DNA from: Negaprion brevirostris
Lineage: Eukaryota
Reading direction: 5' to 3'
Length of the DNA: 64,000 bases
Assembly: GCA_030324005.1 (NCBI GenBank)
Contig: JARDVH010000121.1
Location: forward strand, 26,950,549 to 27,014,548
Part shown: positions 11,796-26,095 of the stretch, one piece after another
Layout: each line of letters begins with the position of its first letter
How positions within the stretch are numbered: the stretch's first letter is position 1
Made by a program: the position numbers and the translations under genes
The notes under the pieces: model-generated
The model's input: the letters and a program-made list of their open reading frames with translations, nothing else
What the model was told of the DNA's origin: nothing
The model's database searches: none

Positions 11796-14711
11796 TTCAC
11801 ATGCAGCACTAACATCTGATGGTGCTACAAGTCCTTAAATGAAACGAAGACACACTCATCTCTAAGTCTAACAAAGGAACTGGAATTGTCATTCTCAACA
11901 AACATGACCATAACTGATGTTCTTAATAATGGGTCAAAATTTGTATCCAATGAACAACCTCTAAGCAGGACTGAACAGGCCTGATCAAAACCAAATTACA
12001 AAAACGTCTGTTAGACTTGCGCAAGAGTAGTGAACTACCTGGTGGCATATATGGTAAAATTTGTCCTCATGGTTCATTGTGTGCGAATAAGTATGGGCTG
12101 CTCAAAACTACACTCCATTTTACTAATGACAGGTTTTGCACAACATGAAGTGGTCAAAAGACAACAGTTAACAATTCCGACTGTGCTAAGTAGTATACTA
12201 ACAACCAATGTGAGATCATTAGTTGGGCTCACAATGTAGCTTACTTACACATATTAGAAGCTACATGTATTCACTGGAAGGGCCTGGTCTTTGCAAGCAG
12301 AAAGACTATGTTTGAAAAGACACTTCAATGAAAAAGCTTGGGGTTCAACTGTTCCCTAGCACATTCCAATAATTTTCCAGCAGCCTGCCCCTAAAACCGA
12401 TTATTTGCCAGCATCCAACTGGCTGTTTACCAACACCCAAAAACACCCATCTTCACCATGTTCATAGGAATGAGCACATTTCAACACTAATGAACAGAAG
12501 TGTGTCATTTCTAGAATGTCTAAATTAACTTCCATTGTCTAAAGCAGTATTTAAACACATCACATGGATCTTAATTAATATTTATTAAATAATAAGGATT
12601 TACAAGTATAATCATCAGCAATGTGATAGCAAGGGTCATTGCGTGTGCCATCAAATAATACACTTTGTTCCATCTGGATCACTCAGCTCCAGACATCATA
12701 ACAGCCTTGGTCTAAGCATGGGAAAAAAGCCCTTGACACGAAGGCAGCTTTTGACTGAGTGTGACAGAAAGGAGCCTCAGTAAAAGTGAACTCAATGGGA
12801 ATGAGGTTAAAATACTCCACTGATTAAAGTTATAGCTAGCACAAAGGAAGATGATTGTGGTTGTTTGGGGCCAATCATCTTAGCCCTGGGACATTACTGC
12901 AGAAGTTCCTCCTCATGAACTGAGCACTGTGAAATAATTAAACATCCTAGACGCAACCATTTGAAAATGTTCCATTAATGGCCTCGACTTCAATGCAAGA
13001 TTGGTAGGAGTTAATCAGGCAAGTTGCTCCAGCACATCTTGTAGATGGTACACACTGCTGCTATTGTGCTGTGTTGGTGGAGAAAGTGAATATAACAGGT
13101 ACTGGACGGGATGAAGGTTAAATGAGCTATTTTCTGGCTGGTATTGAACTTCTTGTTGAAGTTAGATTCATCCAGACAAGTGGAAACTATTGTATCACAC
13201 TCCTGAATTGTGCCTTGTCCAATCTTTAGGTAATCAGGTGAACTAAAAACAGTTGTTCAGGGTGGATGGATGTTCCCCCCATTGACTTGGGGACTAGCCT
13301 TGTTAACTGTATACCTCAATAATCTGGATATAGAGCTATATGAAGTGTTAGACTGTATAAAAATAGGAGACATAAGTTATTGAGGACCAAACAAAGCTGC
13401 AAAGGACTATTCATAGGCTGGTGGAATAGATGGGAAAATGACAGATGAAATTCAATGCTAAAACATGTGAGGTGGCAATTTTAGAATACATTAGATAGAT
13501 AGTTGAAGAAACAGGGGATAAAGGGATAAGAGACAGTCCAGACATGCAGTTAGTACCAGTGCTGGTGTGAAGGGTAAACACCAACAAGGGCTGGTTGAAC
13601 CGAACTATTTCTGCACTGCAATTCCTTCTGAATTAAAGCTTGCACCAGTAAAACCTGACCAGTAAAAGAATGTTATGAGTGTGTTAAAATGAAAAAATGT
13701 CAAATAACGCTCTCAGTTATTTTAAACTAACAAGTTAGCAAAAACACTAATTTCCAAGAAGACATTTCAGCAGAACTGGAGGGGGACAGAACAAAAGCAG
13801 CAAAACTCTTTGACCTTATGTGTCTAAAGAAAGGCACCACACGAAGGAGCAGATCGTGAGGATGCTTTGTCCCAAAATACTGTCTGAAGTGCTGTATTGA
13901 GACGTCATTGGCAGCAATGTAAAGATTCTAATCCTGTTCATTTGCACACAATTTTAACCTGGCTGACGACCGTTATCAGCATCCATTTCTCAAGCAATTG
14001 AGGAAGCCTTGTGATTTGATCTTAATGCATGCTATCATGCATGCTTACAAACACCTTGGCTTTAGATGATTGCTGTGAAAAGTGTGGTCTGTATGACACA
14101 ATGGACAGGTGCAGCTAGAATCTGTGAACTGTAATGAATGAATGATTTGCAAGAAACTTTAATAAGAGGGGCATGATTACAGCCACTAAGAAAGCCATAA
14201 TGTAATTGGGCAAATCCAACACAAATTCATGTAAGGAAACTTATACCAGGCAAACCTGTTAAGAGTTTTGTTTTAGGTTGTAACTAAGCGGAAATCAGGA
14301 TATGTATACAGGTAGTTGAATTGTCAAAAAACATCCAATAAGGTGCCCACACAAGCAGCTACACACAAAGCAAGGCTAATAGAATTTGGGGGTCATGTGA
14401 CATTAACCCCCCCACCTTCCCCACCCAATGAATCACTTACTTTTGCAATTTAACTGCTCCCTTTAAACATATCCTTTTGCAGCAGCTGCTTACCTGTGTC
14501 CCAGTTACTCAATGCCAGTGCTGCCAGGAGCGCATTGCACTGCTCTTGTCTCATGCAGCCCGAGTGAGGAAGGCTGGGTGAGACAGGGATTGTGCAATTA
14601 TAGAGAGGGTAAATTAATTGAGTGACAATCTGACGGATTGCCACTCTGAACAAATTATGGGCCAATATTTCAACATAAGAGTACAAAAAAAGTTAGGCAA
14701 ATGTTGACAAT

Positions 14712-15012
14712 CTAAGTTTAAGTTTATTTATTAGTGTCACAAGTAGGCTTACGTTATCATTGCAATGCAGTTACTGTAAAAATCCCCGAGTCAGCACACT
14801 CCGACGTCTGTTCAGGTACACTGAGGGAGAATTTAGCTTGGCCAAACACCTTTCCAGCACAACTTGTGGACTGTGGGAGGAAACCCGAGCACCCAGAGGA
14901 AACCCATGCAGACACAAGGAGAACATGCAGTCTCTGCAGAGACAGCGACCCAAGCAGGGAATCAAATCCAGGTCCCTGGCGCCGTGAGGCAGCAGTGTTA
15001 ACCACTGCGCCA
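14712..15012 (-). mobile_element. HE1-like V-SINE
   Basis: Full head plus AATAAATAAACTT tail; the source of several spurious ORFs at 14734-15034. Other copies lie at ~23085-23590(-), 29230-29520(+), 36283-36765(-), 45655-45955(-) and 46278-46482(-). Confidence 0.85.
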
Positions 15013-15654
15013 CAATCTGAATAAAAGCAGACAATACACAGGAGGTAAGAGGTGATTAATTATGGCAATTTGGTCAATCTTAATTTATTCATTCTGTATA
15101 GTCTTGAAATACCTTTACTGCAGCATTTAATTGGTCCTTAAATGATGCCGGGCTTGGTTTGCTACTCTATCCAGGAGTTAAGTCCATGTACAATTACTCT
15201 GTGGGGAAACAGACAGATCTTCCTGACATCAGTTATAAGTTTACAGTTTGAACTTGTGACCCATTGCTCTTCTCTGACCATGCAATTTTGTGTAATTATC
15301 CAGATTTAATATTTCTGCACCATTTATAGTTTCATATTTCTAAAATCACTTTGCAGATGCCACCATACCCCGGCTGATTCTTCACTGCCCCTCCTAATTT
15401 CATATCATCTGTTTAAAGTTTGAGCAATGTGTGTTGAACTGTTGAGCACGAGTCACTGACATAAATTAGAAACTTTAATAGTCACAATTCTGATTCCTGG
15501 GCATCCCATGTAGGAACATTATTACATAATACACAATGAGCAATAAAGATAGGATGCAAGTTCAAACTGCCAGTCTCAGCTCGCTTCTGTAGGAAGCCAC
15601 TGAATGGAAGTCAAATGCCTCTCCATATCATCACAACAGGTTCACAGCAGGCAC

Positions 15655-16795
15655 CATCTTCCTGGCCCTATACTCAATCCTGGAACACCTGGATAACAAA
15701 GACACTCATATCAGATTCCTATTTATTGACTGCAGCTCAGCCTTCAACACCATTATTCCTACAAAACTCATCTCCAAACTCTTTGGCCTAGGATTCAGCT
15801 CCTTCCTTTGCAACTGCATCCTAGGCTGCCTAACTCACACACCACAATCAGTAAGGACAGGCAACAAAATTTCCTTCACGATCATTCTCAACAATACTGC
15901 CCCACAATGCCATGTTCTCAGCCCTTTATTAGTCTTTATATACTTATGGCTGTGTGGCCAAATTCCACTTCAACTTTATTTTCAAGTTTGCTGATGACAC
16001 CACCACAGTGGGTTGAATCTCAAACAACGACGAGCGAATACAGGAATGAGATAGAGAATCTGGTGAAACGATGCCATGGCAATAAGCTCTCCTTCAACGT
16101 CATTGACTTCAGGCAGCACAGTGGAGATCGTGCCCCTGTCTACATCAATGGGGATGAAGTGGAAATGGTCGACAGCTTCAAGTCTCTAGGTGTCCAGGTC
16201 ATCAACAACCTGTCCTGGTTTCCCCATGCCGATGCTATAATTACGAAAGCCCACCAACATCTCTACCTTCTCAGGAGGCTAACAAAATTTGCATGAACAT
16301 TACAACTCTCACCAATTTTTACAGATGCACCTTTGAAAACATCCTTTCTGGTTGTATCAGTGCTTGGTATGGCTCCTGCTCTGACTAAGACCGCAAAATA
16401 CAAAGGATTGTGAACATATCCCTGTCCATCATGCAAACCAGCCTCCCATCCACTGACTTTGTCTATACTTTCTGCTGCCTCGAAAAAGTAGCCAGCCTAA
16501 ACAAGGACTCCATGCACCCCAGATATTCTCTCTTCCGTCTTCTTTCACCACAAAAAAGTTACAAAAGTCAGACTCAAAAATAGTTTCTTCAGCGCAGCCA
16601 GACTTTGAAACGGACTTACCTTATATTAAGTTGATCTTGCTCTACACCCTAGCTATGACGGTAACACTATATTCTGCACCCTCTCCTTTTCTTCTCCTCT
16701 ATGTACTCTATGAATGGTGTGCTGTGTCTGTAGTGCGCAAGAAACAATACTTTTCATGGTATACCAATATATCTGATAATAATAAAATCAAATCA
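15655..16795 (+). mobile_element. Rex1/Babar-type LINE, 5'-truncated RT plus 3' tail
   Basis: LEHLDNKDTHIRFLFIDxSSAFNTIIP, KFADDTT-like motif, PVYINGDEVEMVDSFKSLGV and KAHQHLYLLRRL; (AAATC)n tail. Confidence 0.85.
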
Positions 16796-17521
16796 AGCTA
16801 GAGACCATCCCTACCTAGGTTGCTGTGGTAACATGGACAGGAGTCAAAGTTCAAGCTGCATACACATTCTTTATAATTGGTTTATTTTAGCTAAAATTGA
16901 ATAAAATTAAGCGATGACTCATTCACTTAATTCTTTTAGGATGCAAAAAGAAAAACAAGCTGACAAGTTAATTCTTTTTGGGATGTGGGATCTTTCATGA
17001 GATGTGGGCATCACTGGCAAAGCCAGCATTTGTTACCCTTGAACTGAGTGATTTGCTAGGTCATTTCAGAGGGCAGTTAAGACTCAACAACGTGACTGTC
17101 AGTCTGGAGTCACATATATGCCAGGTAAGGACAGCAGATTTCCCTCTCCAAAGACATTCGTGAACCAGATAGCTTTTTTTTAAAACAACAATCAGACTGG
17201 CTTACTTTTATTCCTGAATTTAAATTCCACCGTCTGCCTTGGTGTGGTTTGAACTACTATCTTCAGAGTATTTTTCCGGGCTCCTGGATTACTAGTCAAA
17301 TATCATTATCACTATACAATCCTCCCTTCACCTTCCCCAAAATCAAAGTTTCCATTTCCAGTAAGATGAACTCTTTCTAATTTTGGGCTATATCAGTAAG
17401 CATAGGCTCACAGCACAAATTCATGCTAATCTGGTACAAATGGACAACCCCATTCAGGAATAACTACAAACGACACTAAACTGGAAAATGTAAGATAGAG
17501 TGGAAGCAGGAATAATTGCGA

Positions 17522-18010
17522 TTAAATAAAAAACAAAATTCTGGAAATACTCAGCTGGTCAGGCAGCATCCATGAGAGAAACAGATAATATTTTGGGGTG
17601 TGATGACTCTTCATCAGAACATTGGGATCCACATTAATGATGAGCATTCGACTATGTGATCTATAATGCCACCAACTGTTCAAAATGGGAAACGCAGTGC
17701 TCCATTTTCAACTCTAGTTTCAAAAAAAAATTTATTCAAGAATACATTGATTTGTTTGCTAAATGTTTTTGCTGCGACTGAAGACAGCTAGTCTTATTCC
17801 AGAGCCCAAAGTCGTAAGAGTGACAGAAATATAAACAGAAAATGCTGGAAATACTCAACTCATCTGTGGAGAGCTGAATAGAGTTGATATTTCTGGTCAA
17901 TGATCTTTCATCAGATCTGACAAAACTAGAGATGTAATAGGTTATAAGCAAATGAAAGGTGAGGAGTTTGGGTAAAGAACAAAAGGAAAGGTGTGTAATA
18001 GGTTGACAGA
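17522..18010 (-). mobile_element. Two Penelope-like (PLE) terminal-repeat fragments with decayed minimal hammerhead cores
   Basis: Minus-strand CTGATGA-N14-GAAA at 17914-17890 and a more decayed copy at ~17590-17620. The flanking AAAATGCTGGAAATACTCA...CATCTGTGGAGAG motif also occurs at 3115, 3965 and 32768. Confidence 0.55.
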
Positions 18011-20003
18011 ATCACACTAACACAGAAACGAAAATGATTATCAAACTATACTTAGTGCATTTCCTAATCTAGTAACTCAAAATAAAAATATATTATATTT
18101 GAATCTCTTTTGAACAAGTTATTTCCCTACAAACTTTTATTAATGTTTGGACAAAGTGCATTTGGACTCTAGCTTAATTCAAGTGAAATTTCCTTCTCAG
18201 AAATGTAAAAACATCAGGAAGTTAGTAACAAGCTGGTAAAATGGTCAAATCTGCAGTGGATCAAATACGCTTTAGTAGAAAAATGAGCAGAGACAATACA
18301 AACAAAATCATATCATTCTAAAGGGTATACATCTACAAACATCTTTGAAAGTGGCAAGACAGGTTGTCAAAGAGTATATAGAGATGCTTGGCTTTATAAA
18401 CAAAAGCAAGGACAATAAGCTAAACCTTTACAGGTCATGATGAACTGTCTGATTTGGGCATCACACATAGGAACAAAGTTAAGCACTTAGAGGGTACGCG
18501 TAACAGATTTACTGGAAGGGTACCACGGGTGCAAGTCTTCAATTACATGCCCAAATTGGAGAAGGTGGGGTTTTTCTTACAGCAGATAAAGCTAAAGGGA
18601 GAGTTAATAAAGATGCTCAAAATCATGAAGGGTTTTGGTGGAATAAGTGAGGAGCAAGTATTTTCAGTGGTAGAAGGGTCAATAATCAGAGGACCTGATA
18701 TAAGAAACAGATGTGCAAAGAGGAGATATTTCTTCACTCAAGAACATAGAACATAGAACACTACAGCACAAACAGGCCCTTCGGCCCACGAGTTGCGCCG
18801 ATCACATCAACACCTANNNNNNNNNNNNNNNNNNNNNNNNNNNNNNNNNNNNNNNNNNNNNNNNNNNNNNNNNNNNNNNNNNNNNNNNNNNNNNNNNNNN
18901 NNNNNNNNNNNNNNNNCCTTCGGCCCACGAGTTGCGCCGATCACATCAACACCTATCTATAACCCCCAATCCCATAAAACCCCATATACTCGTGAAATGA
19001 TCTGGAATGCACTGCATGAAGAACATGTAAAGAGAATTTGATAAATACCCAGCTTTGAATCCTGCCATGGCAGATGGTGGAATTTGAATTCAATAAAAAA
19101 AAATCTGGAATTAAGAATCTACTGACGACCATGAAACCATTGTCAATTGTCAGAAAAACCCATCTTCTTCATTAATGCCCTTTAGAGAAGAAAATCTGCC
19201 ATACTTCCCTAGTCTGGCCTACGTGTGACTCCAGAGCCACAGCAATATGGTTGACTCTCAACTGCCCTCGGGCAACTAGGGATTAACAATAAATGCTGAC
19301 CAGCCAAAGGCGCCCATGTCCCACGAATGAATAAAAAAAATTTGAGAAATGAGCCCAGTGCTTTCAAGAAAGGACAGGGGTGTGGGTGTAATTGGACAGC
19401 TTTTTCAAAGAGCCAGTACAGACTGGATGAGCCAAATGCTCTCTGTGTTCTGTATTACTCAATGAAATTCAAGTTTTAAAATCTTAGACAGAGATGTATT
19501 GAAATTACAATGTGAACAGACCATCAGTTCAACCACTCCATGCCAGCATTTGTCCTCCACAATGAAATAAGTTGAAACACATTTACCCACCATGTTCCAA
19601 TATCACTTCAATCACTTCTCCCTCATTCTCCTGTACATTCTATACTTGAAGACTGACACAGTTCCTGTGTCAACCACTAATCCTGGAAGAACAATCACAG
19701 CCTCAGCTTTTCCTGCCCTCTATTTCAAACCTTGTTTCTAGGGACACTATTCCTGACCATTCGATTACTGGAAATTCTCTAACTGCCGCATCTCATTCTT
19801 CATCATTTTAAACTCTCGTGTATTGCCCTCCAATCTGTAATGTTATAATCAAAATGCCCAATATTTCCAGCTATTTTCTTACACCGGACTGCAATCTGCA
19901 TTGTTCCCACTCATGGGATACAACACTGCACGGATCAAGGTCCGAAGGTTTTGCATAGGTTCATCTTTACGTTTAGGTAAATGTATTCTACTAAATTTTG
20001 TAC

Positions 20004-20080
20004 CTGCTCCATTTCCTCCAATGCATCTTCTACAATAGCAGCAGAGGAAGACATCAGAGATAGAACGGCTGCCTGGTTAT
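20004..20080 (-). CDS. CCNDBP1: CCNDBP1 coding exon 7: (D)NQAAVLSLMSSSAAIVEDALEEMEQ
   Basis: tcttccacag acceptor, GTACAA donor, 77 nt; resembles human DNKAAALLMLTKNVDFVKDAHEEMEQ. Confidence 0.93.
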
Positions 20081-20964
20081 CTGTGGAAGAGTACAAAACA
20101 GTTAAGTCTGTAACACTTGGTTAGAAAATGTAACCAGGCACAGTTGACAATTGTTACGCCCAAAAGAGAAACAAAATTCACCTCATCACTTGGTTAATGA
20201 CAAAGCTAACTATATATAATTGAATTCAAAGCTACATATGACTCCTTGCAAAGTTAAAAGTTACACTGTGCTAAAGCTCAGTCACCAACTCTTCAAAACT
20301 AAACTGCCACAATTTTGCATCAATTAATTGTCGGTGCAAAGAATTTCAAAGGACTGATACATAGCTAATAATTTCATTCAGTAACTATCAGTACTTATAA
20401 ATTTAACATATGTTACACAATACTGGGCATCAATATAAAGTACTTGCATCACAGCAGAAGCTTACAAACTACTGAAAATTGTGACATTTCGGATAGAGAA
20501 TGTTGTCCAATAGATCAATATTTGTATGATGCTGAGGTTATGTTGAAATATCAAGCAACTCGTCTTTTAAAACCTTTCCTGGAAAAACATTCTCACTGAA
20601 GACATTAGTATCCTCAGGTAATAGTGGTATAACACAGAATTGTTTCATTATTGTTAGCTGTCTATAATTATGGTGAAAAAGCTTGTTGCGCAACTAAAGA
20701 TTTCCGTGGGAATTACCAGATTAACAAGAAAGATGATACATTTTGCCAAAATTCACATGCAGTTTCCAGTTACCACCAAAGCAGAAAATATCTTAATGGA
20801 TAAAGACCCATAAGAATGTTGAAATTGTTTCCTGACCACCTGCTTTTTCAGCCCCCTTTTCATGTGCAGAATATATTCAGCTATGAGAGTTTAACCGGGA
20901 GTAGAAGAGGCAGAGAAGGGATATGCCTTAGATGGACTACCTTAGATGGCGCTGTACAAGCCAA

Positions 20965-21325
20965 AGACTGAAGCCTCACAAAACCCTCCAAAAACTGGGT
21001 CAACTTATACACAGAGTACTAAAGCGAACCTCCAGCAAGGATACGATCGCCAATTTGAAATGTCGTTAGCATTCGATGCAAAGAGTGGGATATCTTAAAA
21101 TATCACATATCTTTGCAATCTGATTGCCCAGTTACAATGTACCGTGAAGTAAAATATTCATCTTAGGGTGAAGAGTTGAGGATAATTAATGCGAATATAG
21201 CATGTTACGGTTGGAAAGGAGTATTGAATTATATACCAAGTATATGCAAAAACATGATTTTTGAGGCCGGATAACATAGGTCATCTTATATGCCAAGTCA
21301 TCACATAGGATGTGACTTATGGTGC
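20965..21325. mobile_element. Possible pogo/Tc2-like DNA transposon remnant
   Basis: Subterminal-type motifs GGTCAACTTATACAC and GGTCATCTTATATGCC; heavily decayed. Confidence 0.3.
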
Positions 21326-21344
21326 ATTTTGAAATTCACATTAC

Positions 21345-21418
21345 CTTTTGGTAACTTAGAAAATCGATCACAAGCTTCCCAAACTGCACCTGTGGATGTC
21401 AGCTGATCCTGTGACAAA
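21345..21418 (-). CDS. CCNDBP1: CCNDBP1 coding exon 6: (S)LSQDQLTSTGAVWEACDRFSKLPK
   Basis: ggttctag acceptor, GTAATG donor, 74 nt; family VWxAC motif. Confidence 0.93.
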
Positions 21419-23815
21419 CTAGAACCATAAGAAAAAGACTTTACACACAAATTGAGCAAGATACAAGACAGGGCAGAAATAACATTCTATTCAAACCTGT
21501 GACATCAATTGTATTTCATTGGAAAAAATATTCCGCAGATAACCATGGAGGGCTAAAATGGTGCTAAAACTTGAGAGAAAAAAGATCAAAAGTAAATCTT
21601 AAAACAACTGTTGCAATTACATTTAAGTGAACGCTAATGTACCAGCTTACAAACACACCACCCCAATGGCTAAATTCAGAATTGCCAATCACATATTTTT
21701 CTTAATGCAACAACAACCATTTTACTAGAACTATTTTGGTCTGTATTAAAGCTAAAAGAAAATGAGATCAAATTTCCATATTTAAAAATTTGCACAGGTT
21801 TCTCAATCTGATCCTTCTGGTTTTGCATTTGTTTACATTAGCAAACTTATGCAATATGTATTATGGTAATAGATCGCTACTCCTCCATTTTGAGAACCTT
21901 TTGGTAGATATACTGAGGGCACTGCATAGATACTGATGGGGAATTTCCACGTCCACCACCAAGGATGGCTTGATAGCACCACCATTGACAAAGCTCGCTG
22001 AATCCTAATGACATAACTGCTAGATGAGGTGTGCAGCAGAAGATGAGAGAGCCATTCTTTAAAACGAGTTAAACATTCACCTGCCTCCAGTACAGGTGTA
22101 CCATACAGCATGTACCAGTTACAAGATACACCATTGCANNNNNNNNNNNNNNNNNNNNNNNNNNNNNNNNNNNNNNNNNNNNNNNNNNNNNNNNNNNNNN
22201 NNNNNNNNNNNNNNNNNNNNNNNNNNNNNNNNNNNNNNNNNNNNNNNNNNNNNNNNNNNNNNNNNNNNNNNNNNNNNNNNNNNNNNNNNNNNNNNNNNNN
22301 NNNNNNNNNNNNNNNNNNNTAGAATGGACTGTAATTTAAATAGTGGGGTTATATTGATATTTTCCTTTCCTTCATAGTCAATCGGTCAAAACTCTGGGGC
22401 TCCCTACACAGTATTATGGGTATACTTACACCACAAGGGCTGAAAATGGTACAAGAAAGAAGCTCACCATCACTTTTCAAAGGCAATTAGGAAAGAGAGA
22501 CAAATGCTGGGTGACACCTACATCCTATAAACAAATATAGCAAAAGGCAACTCTGGTATTTTTTTACCCATTATATTCTTAGAGAAGGCTGGTTAGTATC
22601 TATCTCAGCAAAGCTGGTGGTATAGGGAATCACAACCTAAATTCAGCCATCAATTAATTATTCTTCAGGAAACCTTTCCTTGAAGGGTGGGGGAACAGAA
22701 ACAATCCTTGTTGAGTGACAAAATGTACAATCCCAATTCATCTTTGCTTCATCAAAATATAGTTTAAATTTTCTTCTTTTTGTCCTCTCCCCCACCCACC
22801 CAGCCCCCCAGAACCTCTAACATGTATAGTACAAAAAAGTGTTTTATGTTACGCAAAAAAAATCATAACATTACTCCAGATTGGGTAACATTCATGAAAT
22901 TGTTTGTATGTTCTTTAGAACTCTGTGTGAAAGGATATTTCTGGAGGGATTCCCACCAGGGGTTCAATGCATACAGTAGGTCTTCTCACCAGTACCACAT
23001 TTGTATTGATGGATACCCAAGACTACTTCATATCAAACAGAAAACATCAATATAACTGCACTATTTAAATTACAGTCCATTCGAGAAAGAATCCCTACTG
23101 TGCAGAAAGAGGTCATTTGACCAATCAAGTCTGCACCGATTCTGACAGAGCATCTTTCCCGGGCCCACCTTCCATCGCTGGAAACCCACACAGACATGGG
23201 GTGAACATGCAAACTTCACAGTCACTCAAGGCTGGAATCTAAACTGGGTCCCTGGCGATTCCTTATATACCAGCTTTATTGGCGCTGTGAAGCACAGTGC
23301 TAGCCACTCTGCCACCCCGCAGATACCAACAGATATATTCTGGTTCTGAGAAACAATAGAATTATAGTATCCCTACAGTGCAGTAGGAGGCCATTCAGCC
23401 CATTGAGTCAGCATCAATTCTCTGAAACAGCATCTGACCCAGTCTCACCACCCTATCCATGTAACCCTCATCATTTACTATGGCTAATTCATCTAACCAA
23501 TGCATCTTTGGACATTAAGGGGTGATTTAGCATGGTCAACCCACCTGCGGGGTTCCTGGCACTGAGAGGCAGTACTGCAAACTGCTCCGTATTGTACCAC
23601 TATATCTGTGAATCCAGCACAGTTAAAGATTAAAATATAAAGGGAAAAGAGAGAACGAAGTTCAATAATTTTAAAAGAATAATATTGGAGCCGTAGATTT
23701 CTCATTCTCCTGCAAGTACCATGGGCTTTGCTAAGTACTATATTTTAAGTAATGATGCAAGTTTGTTATTTACATCTTCATATTTTCAGTACAATCTTGT
23801 ATTTGAAGTTTGTAC

Positions 23816-23912
23816 CTTTGAAGTGGCGTGCTCAGTATCACGTTCAATAGCTGAATAACTCCCTCCACTATGTCCATTGTGGCATCTCGAACTAGCCGGC
23901 GTAGAGTTACAC
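23816..23912 (-). CDS. CCNDBP1: CCNDBP1 coding exon 5: (G)VTLRRLVRDATMDIVEGVIQLLNVILSTPLQ(S)
   Basis: cttcag acceptor, GTACAA donor, 97 nt; resembles human GITLRKLVRGATLDIVDGMAQL. Confidence 0.95.
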
Positions 23913-24639
23913 CTGAAGCCAACGAGACAACCATTAGCCTCTCTTACCAACCAAGATCAATGATTTCTACAATTGTTTAGCTAACACAAAACATGCTACA
24001 TTGAAGGTTACAAAGCATCGAGTCAGAGATCTTTAGACCAACTCATCTGAATCGGTTTTCAAAAATATAATCTTCTTTAGAAAATACGCATTCCAGCATA
24101 GAAGCATTGAGAANNNNNNNNNNTGAGAAAACTTTCAAGGGGGTAGTCAGGCAACAGTATTTCTAACAGAAATTCCCCACTGAGAATACGGGATCACCAT
24201 TTCTAACTTTGCCACTGAAACTTTTCATCACTGAAACAGATTCTTCCGATTATTGTATGCTTGACACGTGGTTATAAGTGACTGTGTTGTGTAATTAATC
24301 TTGTAGAAATTTATCAGTGATTGGCGACAATTATTCTTTAAGCAAAAATTATAATAATGAATACTTTCTGAAAATAATACTTCAGCGAGTCAGTTTTCTG
24401 TCTGGGGCTTAAATGTGTCACATACTCATGGCAAATCCTCATATTTGTGGGGCCTCTTTAATTATTAGGATTTTATATCTTGCTTCTCCCTTCTGAAGTG
24501 AACATGATACTGATCAAGGCACAAATAGAGATTGCTGAGGTAGGGTGGGGTGAGGCATTTGAAGATAAAGGTTAATATTTAGAAACTGGTCCCAAAGGAC
24601 ATAAGGAATCAGCGGGCAAATATTTCAAAGGTGGAAAAG

Positions 24640-26095
24640 GTAGTCACAGAACAAAGCAAATGACTGGAGAAGAGCTAACATGGTTCCATTATTTAAGAAG
24701 GTTATAGAGATAAGCCAGGGAACTACAGACCGGTGAGACTTACGTCAATGGTAGGGAAGCTATGGAGAAAATTCTGAAGGAGACAATCTATCTCTATTTG
24801 CAGAGGCAAGGCAAGACTTGATTGGGGATAATCAGCATGGCTTTGGCAGAGGGAGGTCATGCCAAATAAATTTATTTGAATTTTTTGAGGAGGTGACCAG
24901 GTGTAGATGAGGGTAGTGCAGTTGATGTAGTTTAAATGGATTGCAGCAAAGCCTTTGACAAGATCCCACATAGGAAAACTATAAAGAAGGTGCATGCACA
25001 TAGGGCACAAGGTAATTTGAGAAGGTGCATTCAAAATTGGTTAGTTGTAGGAGACAGAAGGTGATGACAGAAGGCTGTTTTAGTGACTAGAAGCCAGTGT
25101 CTAGTGGCATACCAAGGGATCTGTGTTGGGTCCCCTATTATTCATTATTTATATAAGTGATATTGATGACTACAGGGGGATTAGTAAGTTTACAGGTGAC
25201 AAAGATTGACCAGGTGGTTAACAGTGGGGTTGAGTGTCTCAGATTACAGGAAGATATAGTTGGGATGGCCAAGGGACAGATAGGTGGCAGGTGGAATTTA
25301 AAGCTGAAAAGTAAGAGGTGGAACACTTTGGAAAGAGTAATTTGACAAGGAAGTATTCAATGAATGATATGACACTACAAAGATCTAAGGAATAAAGGGA
25401 CCTTGGCGTGTTTGTCCATAGATTTGTGAGGATGGAAGAGTATGTTATGGAGTGGTGAAAAAAATGTATGGAACGCTTCCCTTTAACAATCAAGGCACAG
25501 ATTACGAAAGCAGGGAAGTCATGTTGGAATTCTATAGAACTTGGAAGTGGCCACAGCTAAAGTACAGTGTGCAATTCTGCTCGCCACATTATAGGAAGTT
25601 TGTGATTGTACTGGAGGGGGTGCAGAGGAGGTTCTCCAGGATGCTGCTGGGGATGGAACACTGAAGTTATGAAGCAAGGTTGGATAGGCTTAGGTCATTT
25701 TCACTGGAGTAGAGAAGACAGAGGCAACCTGACCAAGGTGTACAAGTTTGAGGGACACGGACAGGTTGGAAAGGAGCAGCTTTAGTTCTCCTTAGTTGAA
25801 GGGTTAGTCACATGAGAACTCAAGTTCAAGATGAGAGGCAGAAGGTTTTGGGGGGGCGGGAGAGATGTGAGAAAAAACTTTTTTTTTTAAACAGAAGGTG
25901 GTGATGGTCTGGAGTATACTGCCTGGGAGAGTGGTGGAAACAGGTTGTCTCACATCCTTTGAAAAATACCTGGATGAACACTAGGCACATGATAATATTC
26001 AAGGCTATGGGCCAAGTGCTGGTCAATGAGATTAGGAGGTAGGTCCGGTATTCTCATGTAGGTGCAGACTTGATAGGCTGACGGGCCTCTTTTGC
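24640..26095 (+). mobile_element. CR1 LINE RT and 3' end, decayed
   Basis: PGNYRPVRLTSMVGKL, QHGF, KAFDKIPH, PQGSVLGP-like and YSVQFCSPHYRK remnants with many frameshifts. Confidence 0.85.

Noticed and set aside
14734-15034. tRNA-like A/B boxes and short ORFs
   Set aside because: These are SINE heads (HE1-like), not tRNA genes; the same applies to the other copies.
16819-16832. RFX X-box-like motif GTTGCTGTGGTAAC (similar GTCGCTTAGCAAC near 43376)
   Set aside because: Isolated short motifs are expected by chance in 64 kb; no conservation evidence is available.
18775-18958. ~40-bp direct repeat flanking a 100-N gap
   Set aside because: Identical sequence on both sides of a gap is a typical contig-overlap artefact, not a CRISPR-like repeat or TSD.
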